56,424 nucleotides of DNA from sequence record SRR2962707_2339. The stretch is one strand, 5' to 3'. A program made the translations under genes and the position numbers. The notes beneath the pieces were generated by a model. The model worked only from the letters and a program-made list of their open reading frames with translations, made no database searches and was not told where the DNA came from. The stretch's first letter is position 1; each line of letters starts with the position of its first letter. Of the stretch, positions 1 through 10,175 are shown piece after piece.

Positions 1-393
1 ATGCCGGAATGGGGCATGCTGCCGATCCCGAAGAAACTTCTGAAACAGGGCGTGCGCGATATGTTGCGGATGTCGGATGCCCGGATGAGCGGCACCAGTT
101 ACGGTGCGTGTATCCTGCATGTCTCGCCGGAAAGTCATGTCGGCGGACCGCTGGCTTTGCTGAAAACCGGCGATATCGTCAAGATCGATATTCCCAACCG
201 CACCATCGACATGCTGGTCAGCGATGCGGAACTGGCAGAGCGGCGCGCCAACTGGACACCGCCGAAGGCCAAATTCGAACGCGGCTACGGCTGGATGTTC
301 TCAAGGCACATCAAACAGGCCGACGAAGGCTGCGATTTCGATTATCTGGAGACCTCGTTCGGCGGACCGACGCCTGAACCTGATATTTTCTGA
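1..393 (+). CDS. IlvD/Edd-family dehydratase (sugar-acid, L-arabinonate-type), C-terminal part; truncated by window start
   Basis: MPEWGMLPIP, SDARMSGTSYG, HVSPE..GGPLAL..GD and ADEGCDFD motifs of IlvD/Edd family. Confidence 0.85.
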   Translation: MPEWGMLPIPKKLLKQGVRDMLRMSDARMSGTSYGACILHVSPESHVGGPLALLKTGDIVKIDIPNRTIDMLVSDAELAERRANWTPPKAKFERGYGWMFSRHIKQADEGCDFDYLETSFGGPTPEPDIF

Positions 394-411
394 TCGAACG
401 GAGAGACACCT

Positions 412-1137
412 ATGAGTGCCAGTGACCTCAGCGCCGACACGCGCGAGAAATTGATGAGAGTATCGACGGCAACCCTGTGCACGGCACTTTTCAAGGTCGG
501 GCTCAAGAACCAGTTCATTCAGGATGTGCATCCCCTGTCACAGAAAGGGGAAAACATGGTCGGTCAGGCCTATACGCTCAGATACATCCCTGCGCGTGAA
601 GATCTGAACCCGATCTCGGTTTTTCAGGACCCGGCCCATCCGCAACGTGTCGGGGTCGAGGAATGCCCCCCGGGTTATGTGATGGTGATCGACAGCCGCA
701 AGGACCCGCGCGCCGCCAGTGCCGGATCGATTCTGGTGACACGGCTGATGAAGCGGGGCTGTGCCGGTGTCGTCACCGACGGCGGCTTCCGGGATGCGCC
801 TGAAATCGCCGGACTGGACATACCGGCCTATCACAACCGCCCGTCGGCACCGACCAACCTGACGCGTCACCAGGCGATCGAGCTGAACGGCCCGATCGGT
901 TGCGGTGATGTCGCGGTATTTCCGGGCGATGTCGTGGTCGGTGACGGCGAAGGGGTCGTCATCATTCCGTTGCACATGGCTGACGAGATTGCCGCCGAAG
1001 GGGCCGAAATGACGGCGTTCGAGGATTTCGTCACTGAGCGGGTCAAAGCTGGCGAGACCATTATCGGTCTTTATCCGCCAACCCGTGAAGAGAGCAAAAC
1101 CGCCTATGCAGCGTGGCGCAAAAAGAACGGCCGTTGA
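412..1137 (+). CDS. RraA-like / HMG-CHA aldolase family protein
   Basis: GQAYTLRYIP, ASAGSILV, GVVTDGGFRD, VFPGDVVVGDGEGVVIIP; GGAGA RBS. Confidence 0.85.
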   Translation: MSASDLSADTREKLMRVSTATLCTALFKVGLKNQFIQDVHPLSQKGENMVGQAYTLRYIPAREDLNPISVFQDPAHPQRVGVEECPPGYVMVIDSRKDPRAASAGSILVTRLMKRGCAGVVTDGGFRDAPEIAGLDIPAYHNRPSAPTNLTRHQAIELNGPIGCGDVAVFPGDVVVGDGEGVVIIPLHMADEIAAEGAEMTAFEDFVTERVKAGETIIGLYPPTREESKTAYAAWRKKNGR

Positions 1138-1179
1138 TGTCAACGGTCCCACGCTGACGCACGACAAGGATATGAAGGG

Positions 1180-1890
1180 ATGAATGGTATGAGTGACTTT
1201 ACAGAAGACGATCTGAAAATTCTGACCCAGTGGGACACGCCGACGATCTGCAATGCGCTTGAAGAAATCATCCCCGAGCGCCGCGGTCATGGTTACACCA
1301 CGGAACAGCTTGTCCCGCTCGATCCCAACCTGCCGCCGATCTGCGGTTATGCACGGACGGTGATGATCCGGGCCGCTGAACCTTCGGCGGATACCATCGA
1401 GCAGGCTGCCGCCAAGCGTCTGCCGTACTATGAATATGTCTCGCAAAAGCCGGGGCCGAGCATCGTCGTCGTTCAGGACATCGACCCGCGTCCAGGCCAT
1501 GGGGCGTTCTGGGGTGAGGTGCATACCCATGTGCACAAGGGACTGGGTGCGCTGGGCGCCGTCACCAACGGTTCAATCCGCGACATTCCCGACAGCGTGC
1601 GGGGCTTCAACCTGCTCGGTGGCAAGATCGGGCCGAGCCATGCATACGTTCACGTCGTCGATTTCGACTGCCAGGTGACGGTTTATGGTCTGACGGTATC
1701 GACCAACGACATCGTGCATGCGGATCTGCATGGCGCGGTGATGATCCCGGCGGATGCGGTCAGGAAAATTCCCGACGTTGTCGCCAAGCATCAGCGCAAG
1801 GAAGCGAAAATCCTCGATGCGGCGAAAAGTCCTGATTTCAATTTCGAGAAGCTGAAAGCGGCCATTGGTGCGTCGAAGGAAGTTCACTAG
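1180..1890 (+). CDS. RraA-like / HMG aldolase family protein (second, divergent paralog)
   Basis: DTPTICNALE, GAFWGEV, GAVTNGSIRD, DIVHADLHGAVMIP. Confidence 0.8.
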   Translation: MNGMSDFTEDDLKILTQWDTPTICNALEEIIPERRGHGYTTEQLVPLDPNLPPICGYARTVMIRAAEPSADTIEQAAAKRLPYYEYVSQKPGPSIVVVQDIDPRPGHGAFWGEVHTHVHKGLGALGAVTNGSIRDIPDSVRGFNLLGGKIGPSHAYVHVVDFDCQVTVYGLTVSTNDIVHADLHGAVMIPADAVRKIPDVVAKHQRKEAKILDAAKSPDFNFEKLKAAIGASKEVH

Positions 1891-2018
1891 GAAGCGAAAA
1901 TTCACGGGGAGACAATTTTCTGTCCACATAAGGACATCGACAAGAGAGGTGGAGGCATTATACTCAGCCGCGGCGTAACCGAAATCCGGGCGTCAAGTTG
2001 ACCAAATGAGGGACAAAA

Positions 2019-2600
2019 ATGCTTTATCGAATTTTTCTTGCGGCTGCTTTACTGCTGTCGATTTCCGCCCCCGCCCATGCACATCTGTTGGCGTCCGAGC
2101 ACGGCTCATTTGCCGCCGGGTTTACGCACCCGATGTTCGGGCTCGACCATATTCTGGTCATGGTTGCCGTTGGTCTGTGGGCCTTTCGCGTCGGCGGACG
2201 TGCAACGTGGATCGTGCCGTGTGCTTTCGTGGCAATGATGGGCGCCGGATTCCTGTTTGCCCTTTCGGGAGGCAGCTTGCCCGTCGTTGAGCCGGTCATT
2301 CTGGCTTCTTTGGTCGCCCTTGGTTTGCTGATCGCTTTTGCCGTGAAGCTTCCGGTTTATCTAGCTGCCATTGTCGTTGGCGGTTTTGCTGTGTTTCATG
2401 GGTATGCCCACGGCGCGGAAATCGGTGGCGCCGGCGCACTGGCGTATGCGGCTGGGTTTGGTGTTGCCACGGCTCTATTGCATGGGCTGGGAATCGGACT
2501 TGGTCTGTCGATGGGCCGGCTTCAGGCTGTTGGCGACAAGTTGACCCGCTCAATGGGGGCTGCGACGGCCGCTGCCGGGATGATCCTTCTGCTGGGTTGA
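2019..2600 (+). CDS. HupE/UreJ family Ni/Co transporter-like membrane protein
   Basis: Signal peptide AHAH, GFTHPMFGLDHILVMVAVGLW, FHGYAHGAE, LHGLG. Confidence 0.9.
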   Translation: MLYRIFLAAALLLSISAPAHAHLLASEHGSFAAGFTHPMFGLDHILVMVAVGLWAFRVGGRATWIVPCAFVAMMGAGFLFALSGGSLPVVEPVILASLVALGLLIAFAVKLPVYLAAIVVGGFAVFHGYAHGAEIGGAGALAYAAGFGVATALLHGLGIGLGLSMGRLQAVGDKLTRSMGAATAAAGMILLLG

Positions 2601-2646
2601 TGCTCGGGGCCGGATGAAGTCCAGTCAAGCACTGATCAAGAACTGA

Positions 2647-3984
2647 TCAATGCTTGGCCGCGGGCAATCTCAGCGTAAAAACAGTCCCCTCTCCGGGGGT
2701 TGAATCAACGGCGATGCTGCCGCCGAAACTGTCAACGATCCGTTTGCATTCGGACAGGCCCAGGCCGTGACCGGGCAATGCCGTCTTGCCGTTTGCGCGC
2801 TCGAAGGCCCCGAAAATTCTGCTTTGATCCGCGGTTGAAATACCAAGGCCGTTGTCGCGAACCGACAGCAAAACCCACGCGTCTTCCCGAACGGAAGAGA
2901 CATGGATTTGCAGCGCTCGCGTCTCGTCGCGGTATTTTATGGCGTTGTCGAGCAGGTTCTGAAACACACGGGTCATCTGGAACGCCGTCGCCTGGATGTT
3001 GTGACTGACGTCGATATGAACGTCGATGTTCGTCTGTTCTATAAGGTGCCGCAGCGGTTGCAGGGCATCCTGAATGCAGGTTGCCGTGTCGACGCGTTCC
3101 GGCGCGTTGTTTTCGTGGCCGTCGCGGGATTGTTCCAGCAGATCCTGGATAAAGCGGCTCATGCGGAGGGATGCCTCGTGCGCCGTAGAAATGAACTCGT
3201 CTCTGCGGTGTTCCTGGCCTGAGGGCAGATGCACACTCGCACTCAGATAGCCGATGATGGCGTTGAGCGGTGTATTCAAATCATGCGCCACGGCCCCGGT
3301 GAATCGCTCCAGCTTATCATTCACAACGCGAAGCCGGTGTTCGGCGACGCTGTAGGTCGTCCACACATATGCGATGGTCCAGCCGATGGATGTGGCAATG
3401 CCGACAAAGATATAGACAAGCTCGAGCGAGGCCACTTCCATGTTCACCGGCAGCGGGATGTCGATAAACATCCGGACGCCGGCGCGGATCATGCTGGCGA
3501 TGCCGAAAACTGCGAATGTGAAGGCAAGGATGCGGCACCCCGGCTTCAGGTCGATGCGTGATTCCCGCAACAGAGTAAGTACAGTTACGAAGCAGATCAC
3601 CGTATAGACCGCTGAATGCAGAATGGCGACGCTGGTCAGATTCTTGTCGATGAAGAATAAATAGATATCGCCGAGGGCGCAGCCTAGAAAAGCCAGGGCT
3701 TCGAACCCGCGCAGCGGCTTCAATCCCAATAATCTGCGCATGGCCCGCGCCGTCAGAAGCATCCCGATAACGAAGCACTGGATCCCGGCATATCCGACAA
3801 AGACATTCAGCTGCGAGGTGCTGATCCCCATCATCAGTGCGCCGATGCTGCTGATGGCCATGGCGGAAGCCATTTCGGGAAGGCCCGGCGCACTTTTGCG
3901 CATTTTCCAGAACGTCATCAGAACGGCTGCCATGACAGCCTGGACGACACATAAGGATAGGAGAACCGGGGCAATGTAGAACAT
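2647..3984 (-). CDS. Membrane sensor histidine kinase (about 7 TM, HisKA, HATPase)
   Basis: Hydrophobic N-terminal ~210 aa; AHDLNTPLNAI H-box, NLLDNAIKY, DNGLGI, GHGLGL. Confidence 0.9.
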   Translation of the reverse strand: MFYIAPVLLSLCVVQAVMAAVLMTFWKMRKSAPGLPEMASAMAISSIGALMMGISTSQLNVFVGYAGIQCFVIGMLLTARAMRRLLGLKPLRGFEALAFLGCALGDIYLFFIDKNLTSVAILHSAVYTVICFVTVLTLLRESRIDLKPGCRILAFTFAVFGIASMIRAGVRMFIDIPLPVNMEVASLELVYIFVGIATSIGWTIAYVWTTYSVAEHRLRVVNDKLERFTGAVAHDLNTPLNAIIGYLSASVHLPSGQEHRRDEFISTAHEASLRMSRFIQDLLEQSRDGHENNAPERVDTATCIQDALQPLRHLIEQTNIDVHIDVSHNIQATAFQMTRVFQNLLDNAIKYRDETRALQIHVSSVREDAWVLLSVRDNGLGISTADQSRIFGAFERANGKTALPGHGLGLSECKRIVDSFGGSIAVDSTPGEGTVFTLRLPAAKH

Positions 3985-4090
3985 GGCGGGAAGCTATACG
4001 ATCCGGCGCGAACTGGGAACTGGATATTTATGGGTCAGGCACTGCACGAAATTGCCGGCGACGCTGATCTGCAAGCGATTTGGCGGATGA

Positions 4091-4531
4091 TCAGAAAGGT
4101 TCGTTCTTTATGGTGACGTCATCAAACCGGCTGCGGTCTTCGCGGGGCCGGAAACCGTTCAAAGCACCCGCACCGTCTTTCGTGACGCCACAGATCAGCC
4201 AGATAAAATCCGTTTCGTAGACCATCGCCAGATCGGTGTCGGAAGGGGTTGCCGGATGATCCGGGTGGGAATGGTAATGGCCGATGATTTCGGTGCCGTC
4301 GTTCAGGGCTTCCAGAGCGCGCATCAAATCAAAGCGAAGCTTGGGGTCGATCTCGAATCCCGTTTTCTGGTCACGTTCCGTGACGTTAAGACTTTCATGG
4401 ACACCGGTGACGGTGACCGTGCCATCCGGCTGGCGCTTGCCGCTCAACAGGCCGCAGACCTCGAATGGATAGCCTTCTTCCGCATGCCTGCGGATGCGAC
4501 CGGCCAGGCCGTCGCTGAGATATACGCTCAT
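4091..4531 (-). CDS. M67/JAB (MPN+) family metallopeptidase
   Basis: YPFEVCGLL and HYHSHPDHPATPSDTD (JAMM motif). Confidence 0.9.
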   Translation of the reverse strand: MSVYLSDGLAGRIRRHAEEGYPFEVCGLLSGKRQPDGTVTVTGVHESLNVTERDQKTGFEIDPKLRFDLMRALEALNDGTEIIGHYHSHPDHPATPSDTDLAMVYETDFIWLICGVTKDGAGALNGFRPREDRSRFDDVTIKNEPF

Positions 4532-4860
4532 CGTGGCTGGATTCGGCCGAGTACGCGTCCGTCTTCGATATCGATGACGATCACGCCGTCACAGACCGAT
4601 GCCGGGCCAAGCAGGAGATAGGCGCGGCGTCCATCGGGGCGGACATCCTCGATATAGCAATTGTCGGCAAGATCTAGAGTGCGATCACCGAAGGTGCCGG
4701 GTGCTGCGGCGGCGGACACCGGGGATGCGGCTTCCGGGCGGGTGCCGAAAAGTTTCCAGCCCGGATCGACCGACTTCTTGTACAGTCCGTATCCGATCAG
4801 GCCGACCGCGAGGACGATCAGGGCGCCCATGCCGATGACGATGGCTTTCAATGCCTGCAT
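4528..4860 (-). CDS. Hypothetical small membrane-anchored protein
   Basis: N-terminal TM helix (LKAIVIGMGALIVLAVGLIGYGLY); ATGA overlap with the JAB gene. Confidence 0.7.
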   Translation of the reverse strand: MQALKAIVIGMGALIVLAVGLIGYGLYKKSVDPGWKLFGTRPEAASPVSAAAAPGTFGDRTLDLADNCYIEDVRPDGRRAYLLLGPASVCDGVIVIDIEDGRVLGRIQPR

Positions 4861-5001
4861 AACGCTTACTCTACCTGCTTTGTGCCGGCGAAGGGCGGCC
4901 GGACGTTATCCACGGGTCTTCATCGTCGGCGGGGCAGGGCTTGTCAAGTGGCGCACACACGAGATTGGGCATTCGCCTGACAATAGGGCATAAAGGCGGA
5001 C

Positions 5002-5970
5002 ATGAGCGAACCACGCAATATCACGCTGACCGTCGACGCTGCCGATGCCGGTGCAAGGCTCGACAAGTGGCTCGCCGATGCCGCAGGCAATCTGTCACGG
5101 ACGCGTGTTCAGGCCTTGATAAACGAAGGTCATGTCACCGGTCCGGATGGCCCGGCACAGGACATGTCGCGGAAGGTCAAGGCCGATGAAACCTATATCC
5201 TGCATGTGCCGCCACCGGCGCCGGCACGCCCCGAGGCCGAGGATATCCCACTGGAGATCCTTTATGAGGATGCGGACCTGATTGTGCTGGTCAAACCGGC
5301 CGGACTGGTGGTGCACCCGGCCCCCGGGCATGCGGGCGGCACGCTGGTCAATGCGCTGCTGCACCACTGCCGGGGGTCGCTGTCGGGGATCGGCGGGGTC
5401 AGTCGGCCGGGTATTGTACACCGGCTCGACAAGGACACATCCGGCGTCATGGTCTGCGCCAAAAGCGACATCGCGCACCGCGGGCTGGTCGATCAGTTTC
5501 AGGTGCACAGCATCGACCGTGCCTATATGGCGGTGGTCTGGGGCATGCCGTCGCCCCGGGCCGGACGGATCGAAAACAACATCGGCCGTGACCCCAGGAA
5601 CCGCAAACGCATGGCGGTGATTCCGTCCGGAGGTAAACATGCGGTCACGGATTATAAGGTTATTCGGCCTATTGGTGCTGTCGCGGCACTAATGGATTGC
5701 CATTTATTCACAGGACGAACCCATCAGATCCGTGTTCAAATGTCATCAATGGGTCATCCCCTTGTTGGTGATCCTCTGTATCATAGCAGGGGAAGCCAGC
5801 GTAAAGACCGGGAAATAGTGATCCAGGGACAGCCCGGTGCGTATAAACATCAGGCGCTCCACGCCTATAAACTCGGTTTCGAGCACCCCGTGAGACAAGA
5901 AAAGCTCGAATTCGAGATTAAGCTATCAAATGAGATCAAAGAACTAATTGATAGTTTAGAACAATTATAA
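5002..5970 (+). CDS. rluD: RluA-family 23S rRNA pseudouridine synthase (RluD-type)
   Basis: S4-like N-terminus RLDKWL, KPAGLVVHPAPG, GIVHRLDKDTSG, TGRTHQIRV, LVGDPLY, QALHA. Confidence 0.88.
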   Translation: MSEPRNITLTVDAADAGARLDKWLADAAGNLSRTRVQALINEGHVTGPDGPAQDMSRKVKADETYILHVPPPAPARPEAEDIPLEILYEDADLIVLVKPAGLVVHPAPGHAGGTLVNALLHHCRGSLSGIGGVSRPGIVHRLDKDTSGVMVCAKSDIAHRGLVDQFQVHSIDRAYMAVVWGMPSPRAGRIENNIGRDPRNRKRMAVIPSGGKHAVTDYKVIRPIGAVAALMDCHLFTGRTHQIRVQMSSMGHPLVGDPLYHSRGSQRKDREIVIQGQPGAYKHQALHAYKLGFEHPVRQEKLEFEIKLSNEIKELIDSLEQL

Positions 5971-6085
5971 TATAAGAAAACCTGAGTAAATAACTCGGGT
6001 ACGCAGGCGAAAAATACATCGGAAGAGGCCACAACGCCCGGACCCGGTGTTTTTGATCGGCAACAAGCTTGGGAAGATAGGGACA

Positions 6086-6970
6086 ATGGGCACGCTCGCC
6101 AGAGACTTCAATCCAACCCCTGAGGAAAATCTCTCTCGATATCTTCAGGTCATTCGTCAATATCCAATGCTGTCACACGAAGAGGAGATCGCGCTCGCCG
6201 AACGCTGGCGTGATCATGCTGACGACGAAGCGGCGCACCAGCTGGTCAACAGCCATTTGCGGCTGGTTGCCAAGATTGCAATGGGATACCGCGGTTACGG
6301 TCTGCCGGTCGGCGAGCTGATTTCCGAAGGAAATGTCGGCATGATGCAGGCCGTCAAACGCTTTGATCCCGACAAGGGGTTCCGCCTTGCCACTTATGCC
6401 ATGTGGTGGATCAGGGCATCGATGCAGGAATACATCCTGCATTCATGGTCGCTGGTGAAAATGGGCACGACGGCGGCGCAGAAAAAACTGTTCTTCAACC
6501 TGCGCCGGATCAAAAGCGAATTGCAGGCTATCCATGACGGCGACCTGACACCGGAGCACACGACGCTGGTTGCGACACGGCTCAAGGTTTCCGAGCAGGA
6601 AGTCACCAACATGAACCGCCGTCTGGCCGGCCCGGATCATTCCCTGAACGCGCCGCTGCGTGATGACAGCGAGGGCGAATGGATCGACTGGCTCGAGGAC
6701 GATACCGAAAACCAGGAAACCCTCGTCGCCGAACGGCAGGAAGCGTCGAGCCGACACAGAATGCTGGTGGGGGCGATGAAATGTCTGACCGACCGAGAGC
6801 GCCATATCCTGACGGAACGGCGGCTCAAGGATGAACCGATGACCCTGCAGGATTTGAGCGACGTCTATGGGATCAGCCGCGAACGGGTCCGTCAGATCGA
6901 GGTCCGGGCCTTTGAAAAAATCCGTAAATCCGTCCGGAATGCGGCCATCAAGGAACACATGGTCAACTAG
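6086..6970 (+). CDS. rpoH: RNA polymerase sigma-32 factor
   Basis: SHLRLVAKIAMGYRGYG, FRLATYAMWWIRA, RpoH box QKKLFFNLR, SRERVRQIE; follows rluD. Confidence 0.95.
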   Translation: MGTLARDFNPTPEENLSRYLQVIRQYPMLSHEEEIALAERWRDHADDEAAHQLVNSHLRLVAKIAMGYRGYGLPVGELISEGNVGMMQAVKRFDPDKGFRLATYAMWWIRASMQEYILHSWSLVKMGTTAAQKKLFFNLRRIKSELQAIHDGDLTPEHTTLVATRLKVSEQEVTNMNRRLAGPDHSLNAPLRDDSEGEWIDWLEDDTENQETLVAERQEASSRHRMLVGAMKCLTDRERHILTERRLKDEPMTLQDLSDVYGISRERVRQIEVRAFEKIRKSVRNAAIKEHMVN

Positions 6971-6991
6971 GTATCCCGCGCCGCTGGCCGT

Positions 6992-7734
6992 TTATTCGAC
7001 ATCGAAATCTCCGTCTACCGGCGGCTGTGAACGGTACAGTTTCCCGAACCGTCGCAACGGCTTTCCCTTGAGCGCGGTTCGTGTCCGGTCATACAGTTCC
7101 TGAGCCAAAACCGGTGAATGGCTTTTCAGTATCTGAAAGAAATCCCGGACATCACTGAAGCCCTGTTTGCCGCCGTCCGTGATCGACGCGGCGATGATCC
7201 GCTCCAGGCCATCGATATGCCCGCCGTTTGTCAGAGCCTCGCACAGGCGCCGGTTGGACTGAAATGTCTCCGGGCTGATGGCCGGTAACAGCGTCCGTCT
7301 GAGCGGCGAAGCCACGGGGGCGTAAGTGGTCTCTTCCAGCAGTTTGGCCCGGGCCCGGCGCATACCGCCGTCAAGGACCGTTCTGGCGCCTCTGGGGCCG
7401 TGCTTTCCATGACGGCACGGTGCGACAGTGGCAAACGGCCGCGTGCCAGGGCGCGGCGGACAGCGCGTTCCGTATCATCGCCGGGCGATATGTTTTCCCC
7501 GGCAATGACGCCCGGCAGGGTTTTGCGCACATGACGGATCGCCTGAAAGATCGCATTTCGGGTCAGCGCCGGGCTGGCAGATTCATCCAGCAGTCCGGCA
7601 CTGGCGAGGGTGCGGGTGATGATGTGCAGATCTTCGGGTATATTGGCCGCATCCGGGCCGACAGCATCGCGAAGTACGGGCCGGACCGGCCGGTTGTCTC
7701 GCTTGGGTATGGTATAGGCGTCAAAATTTCCCAT
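6992..7734 (-). pseudogene. Hypothetical protein split over two frames (probable 1-bp frameshift near 7394-7397)
   Basis: ORFs 7231-7734 and 6992-7363 join into one continuous frame if one base is added in the GGGG run at 7394-7397; GGAGA RBS upstream of the ATG at 7734. Confidence 0.55.
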
Positions 7735-7876
7735 GTAAGTTCTCCTTCCCAGGCGGAGTCTTCAAAGAGCACATGCCAATAGCGGACACCTTTAACAAGG
7801 TGTCTTGTGGATAAATCTACTTTATCGGGAAATATATTAAAAGTCGTAATTAACTATTTAACATATTAAAAGTTTA

Positions 7877-8704
7877 TCAAAGGTCGTATCCACTTCGGCG
7901 GATATAGGCCGAGAAGCTTTGCCTCTCGGTGTTTGCGGTCTGGCGGGACTTGTCGTCGGACCAGCCGTAATCTTCCTTGGTGCCGTAGCGCTCTGGTTCG
8001 CGCTGATTGCGAAAGACGTTGGTCTCGTTGCGGCGGCGGTCATAGCTTTCGATTTCGTCATCTAGGGTGCTGTCGTCGTAGCTGTCCTTGTGGACCGTCA
8101 GGCGCATCGGCAGGCGGACACTGATGGCCGGGTCGTCCGCCGGGTGGCCGACACACAATCCGGCGAAGGGAAACACGCCGTCCGGCAGACCGGCCAGTTC
8201 AACGATTTCATCCGTCATTTCACGTGCGGCGCTGATCGGGCAGCAGCCCAGACCTTCCGCCTCGGCGGCGGTGATGAAATTCTGCATGACGATGGCCGCA
8301 TCGGCGGCGGCGTTCAGGAAAGCGTCGAGTGGGTCATGGGCGAAGGCCGTACCGCGCAAATCGCAGACCCGACGGATGCGTCGCCCGTCACCGCAAAACA
8401 GCAGAAACACCGGTGCCTGTTTGATCCACGGCATGGACGGAAACAGGTCCGTGACCTTGTCGCGTTTGGCCGGATCATCGAACTGGATGATCGCGACCTG
8501 TTGCAGGTCGGACTTGGCGGGGGCCGACAGGGCACAGGCATAGAGCACATCCAGCACGCTTTGCGGGATCGGGGTGTCACTGTATCTGCGTCGGGACCGG
8601 TGTCGAAGCTGCTGTGCGTGCACGCCCTCGGCCGGACGGTCCCCGCCGATGTCGGTCGGTTCGGCGAAGCGGGCGGCGATCAGATCATTGATGGTGTCGG
8701 TCAT
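7877..8704 (-). CDS. Nitroreductase family protein (NfsA/FRP-like)
   Basis: HRSRRRYS, SAPAKSDLQ, AEAEGLGCCPIS, GLCVGHP, RLP. Confidence 0.9.
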   Translation of the reverse strand: MTDTINDLIAARFAEPTDIGGDRPAEGVHAQQLRHRSRRRYSDTPIPQSVLDVLYACALSAPAKSDLQQVAIIQFDDPAKRDKVTDLFPSMPWIKQAPVFLLFCGDGRRIRRVCDLRGTAFAHDPLDAFLNAAADAAIVMQNFITAAEAEGLGCCPISAAREMTDEIVELAGLPDGVFPFAGLCVGHPADDPAISVRLPMRLTVHKDSYDDSTLDDEIESYDRRRNETNVFRNQREPERYGTKEDYGWSDDKSRQTANTERQSFSAYIRRSGYDL

Positions 8705-8705
8705 G

Positions 8706-9971
8706 TCAGGTCTCCTGGGGATCCGTTTCGTGTTTCGAGCGGCGCGCGTTGAGCGCCGCGGCGGCCGTCATGATGATGATGACGACGGGAAAGGCGATGC
8801 CGGGAATATCGGGGAACGCTGCCACGACGGCACTGGCGGCGGCGCCTGCGGACATCTGCAGTGCCCCCAGCAGGGCGGTCGCGGTGCCGGCGCGGGCCTT
8901 GAACGGGGACAGGGCACCGGACACGCCGAGCGGCAGCACCAGCCCGAGCCCGTAGCCGAAGATGATCATGAAGGCCATGAGCGAGCTGACCGTGGCAAAT
9001 CCGCTGAGCACCAGCGTCAGCATGCCGATCCCGGAGCCGCACATCATCAGGGCGCTGTAGATAATGAACCGGGATGACCCCGCGAACCGCTCGCTGAACC
9101 GCGCCACCGTCATCGCCCCCAGCATGAAAGCGCCGGAATGCAGGATCGCCAGCAGGCCGAACTCGGACGGGCGCAGTCCCAGCTGATTGATCATCAGTTC
9201 GGGAGCGCCTGAATGGAACGCATAGAGCGATCCCAGCGCCAGGGCGTTGGTCATGGCGAAGCGCCGGAATGTGCGGTCCTTGATGATCGACAGGTATGTC
9301 GCCGCGATCTGCGGCGGGGATATTTTTTCGCTGGACGGTGTGCCTGTTTCCGGCAGGGCAAAAAAGCACAGGCAAAGCATCACCGCACCCATGGCCATGG
9401 TCACGAGGATGTTGGCCTCCCAACCCATGTATTCCTGAATCAGCCCGCCGATGGCCGGCGCGATACCGGGAACGATGCCCATGGTTACCGTCAAAAGCCC
9501 GAAAATCCGGACCAGGGCGGCGCCCTGAAAGGCATCACGGGCAATGGCACGGGCGATGACGAATCCGGCAGCAGCGCCCAGACCCTGCAACAGACGGGCC
9601 ACTAGAAGCCATTCAAGACTGCCCGCCAGCGCGGCGATCCCGCCAAGCACCGTATACAGAATCAGCCCCGGTATCAGGATAGGGCGGCGGCCGAACCGGT
9701 CGGATAACGGCCCGACGATCAACTGTCCGCTGGCAAACCCGATCAGGAATACCGACAGCACCAGCCGTTCGCTGCCAGGTAGCAGCTGCAATTCGACACC
9801 GATCGCAGGCAGCGACGGCAGCACGATATTCAGCGCCATCTGCCCAAGCGTTCCAAGCGCCATCAACAGACAGACCGCGAGGCCGCTGAGCGGGATCAAG
9901 GGATGATGGTCAGCTTTGTCTGGTGAATCGGGGGGCGGGGTCGTCGGCTGTGACAAAAGGCGGGTCTCCAA
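8706..9971 (-). CDS. MFS multidrug efflux transporter, Bcr/CflA family
   Basis: LPSLPAI, GQLIVGPLSDRFGRRP (MFS motif A), ARAIARD, APAIGG, LPET; ~12 TM. Confidence 0.9.
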   Translation of the reverse strand: METRLLSQPTTPPPDSPDKADHHPLIPLSGLAVCLLMALGTLGQMALNIVLPSLPAIGVELQLLPGSERLVLSVFLIGFASGQLIVGPLSDRFGRRPILIPGLILYTVLGGIAALAGSLEWLLVARLLQGLGAAAGFVIARAIARDAFQGAALVRIFGLLTVTMGIVPGIAPAIGGLIQEYMGWEANILVTMAMGAVMLCLCFFALPETGTPSSEKISPPQIAATYLSIIKDRTFRRFAMTNALALGSLYAFHSGAPELMINQLGLRPSEFGLLAILHSGAFMLGAMTVARFSERFAGSSRFIIYSALMMCGSGIGMLTLVLSGFATVSSLMAFMIIFGYGLGLVLPLGVSGALSPFKARAGTATALLGALQMSAGAAASAVVAAFPDIPGIAFPVVIIIMTAAAALNARRSKHETDPQET

Positions 9972-10175
9972 AACGGTCGGCTGGATGACGTAAAGGGATA
10001 CATTTCAGTATCTATATGATGGATGTGGAAAGCAGGGGCGGCAAGGCCGCAGTCGCGGTGTGGGGCAGGGGTATGAGACCGTGTCAGCGCGGTTGACGAT
10101 GGCCGGTGTAGCCCGTACATTCCCGCCGTCTTTTCCGGCCATCCCCTGTTCACGATCAGGGCGCCGGGCCCGCGT

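Noticed and set aside
538-1536. Long antisense and alternative-frame ORFs (e.g. 538-1536, 8701-9423, 20898-21695, 21915-22724, 48422-49135)
   Set aside because: Shadows of well-supported genes in GC-rich DNA, with no motifs.
1891-2018. Cobalamin or Ni/Co riboswitch before hupE/ureJ
   Set aside because: Region is short and lacks recognisable conserved riboswitch elements.
4091-4531. JAB peptidase as a CBASS/ubiquitin-like defence component
   Set aside because: No CD-NTase, E1/E2 or ubiquitin-like neighbour; it sits in GC-rich backbone next to rluD-rpoH.
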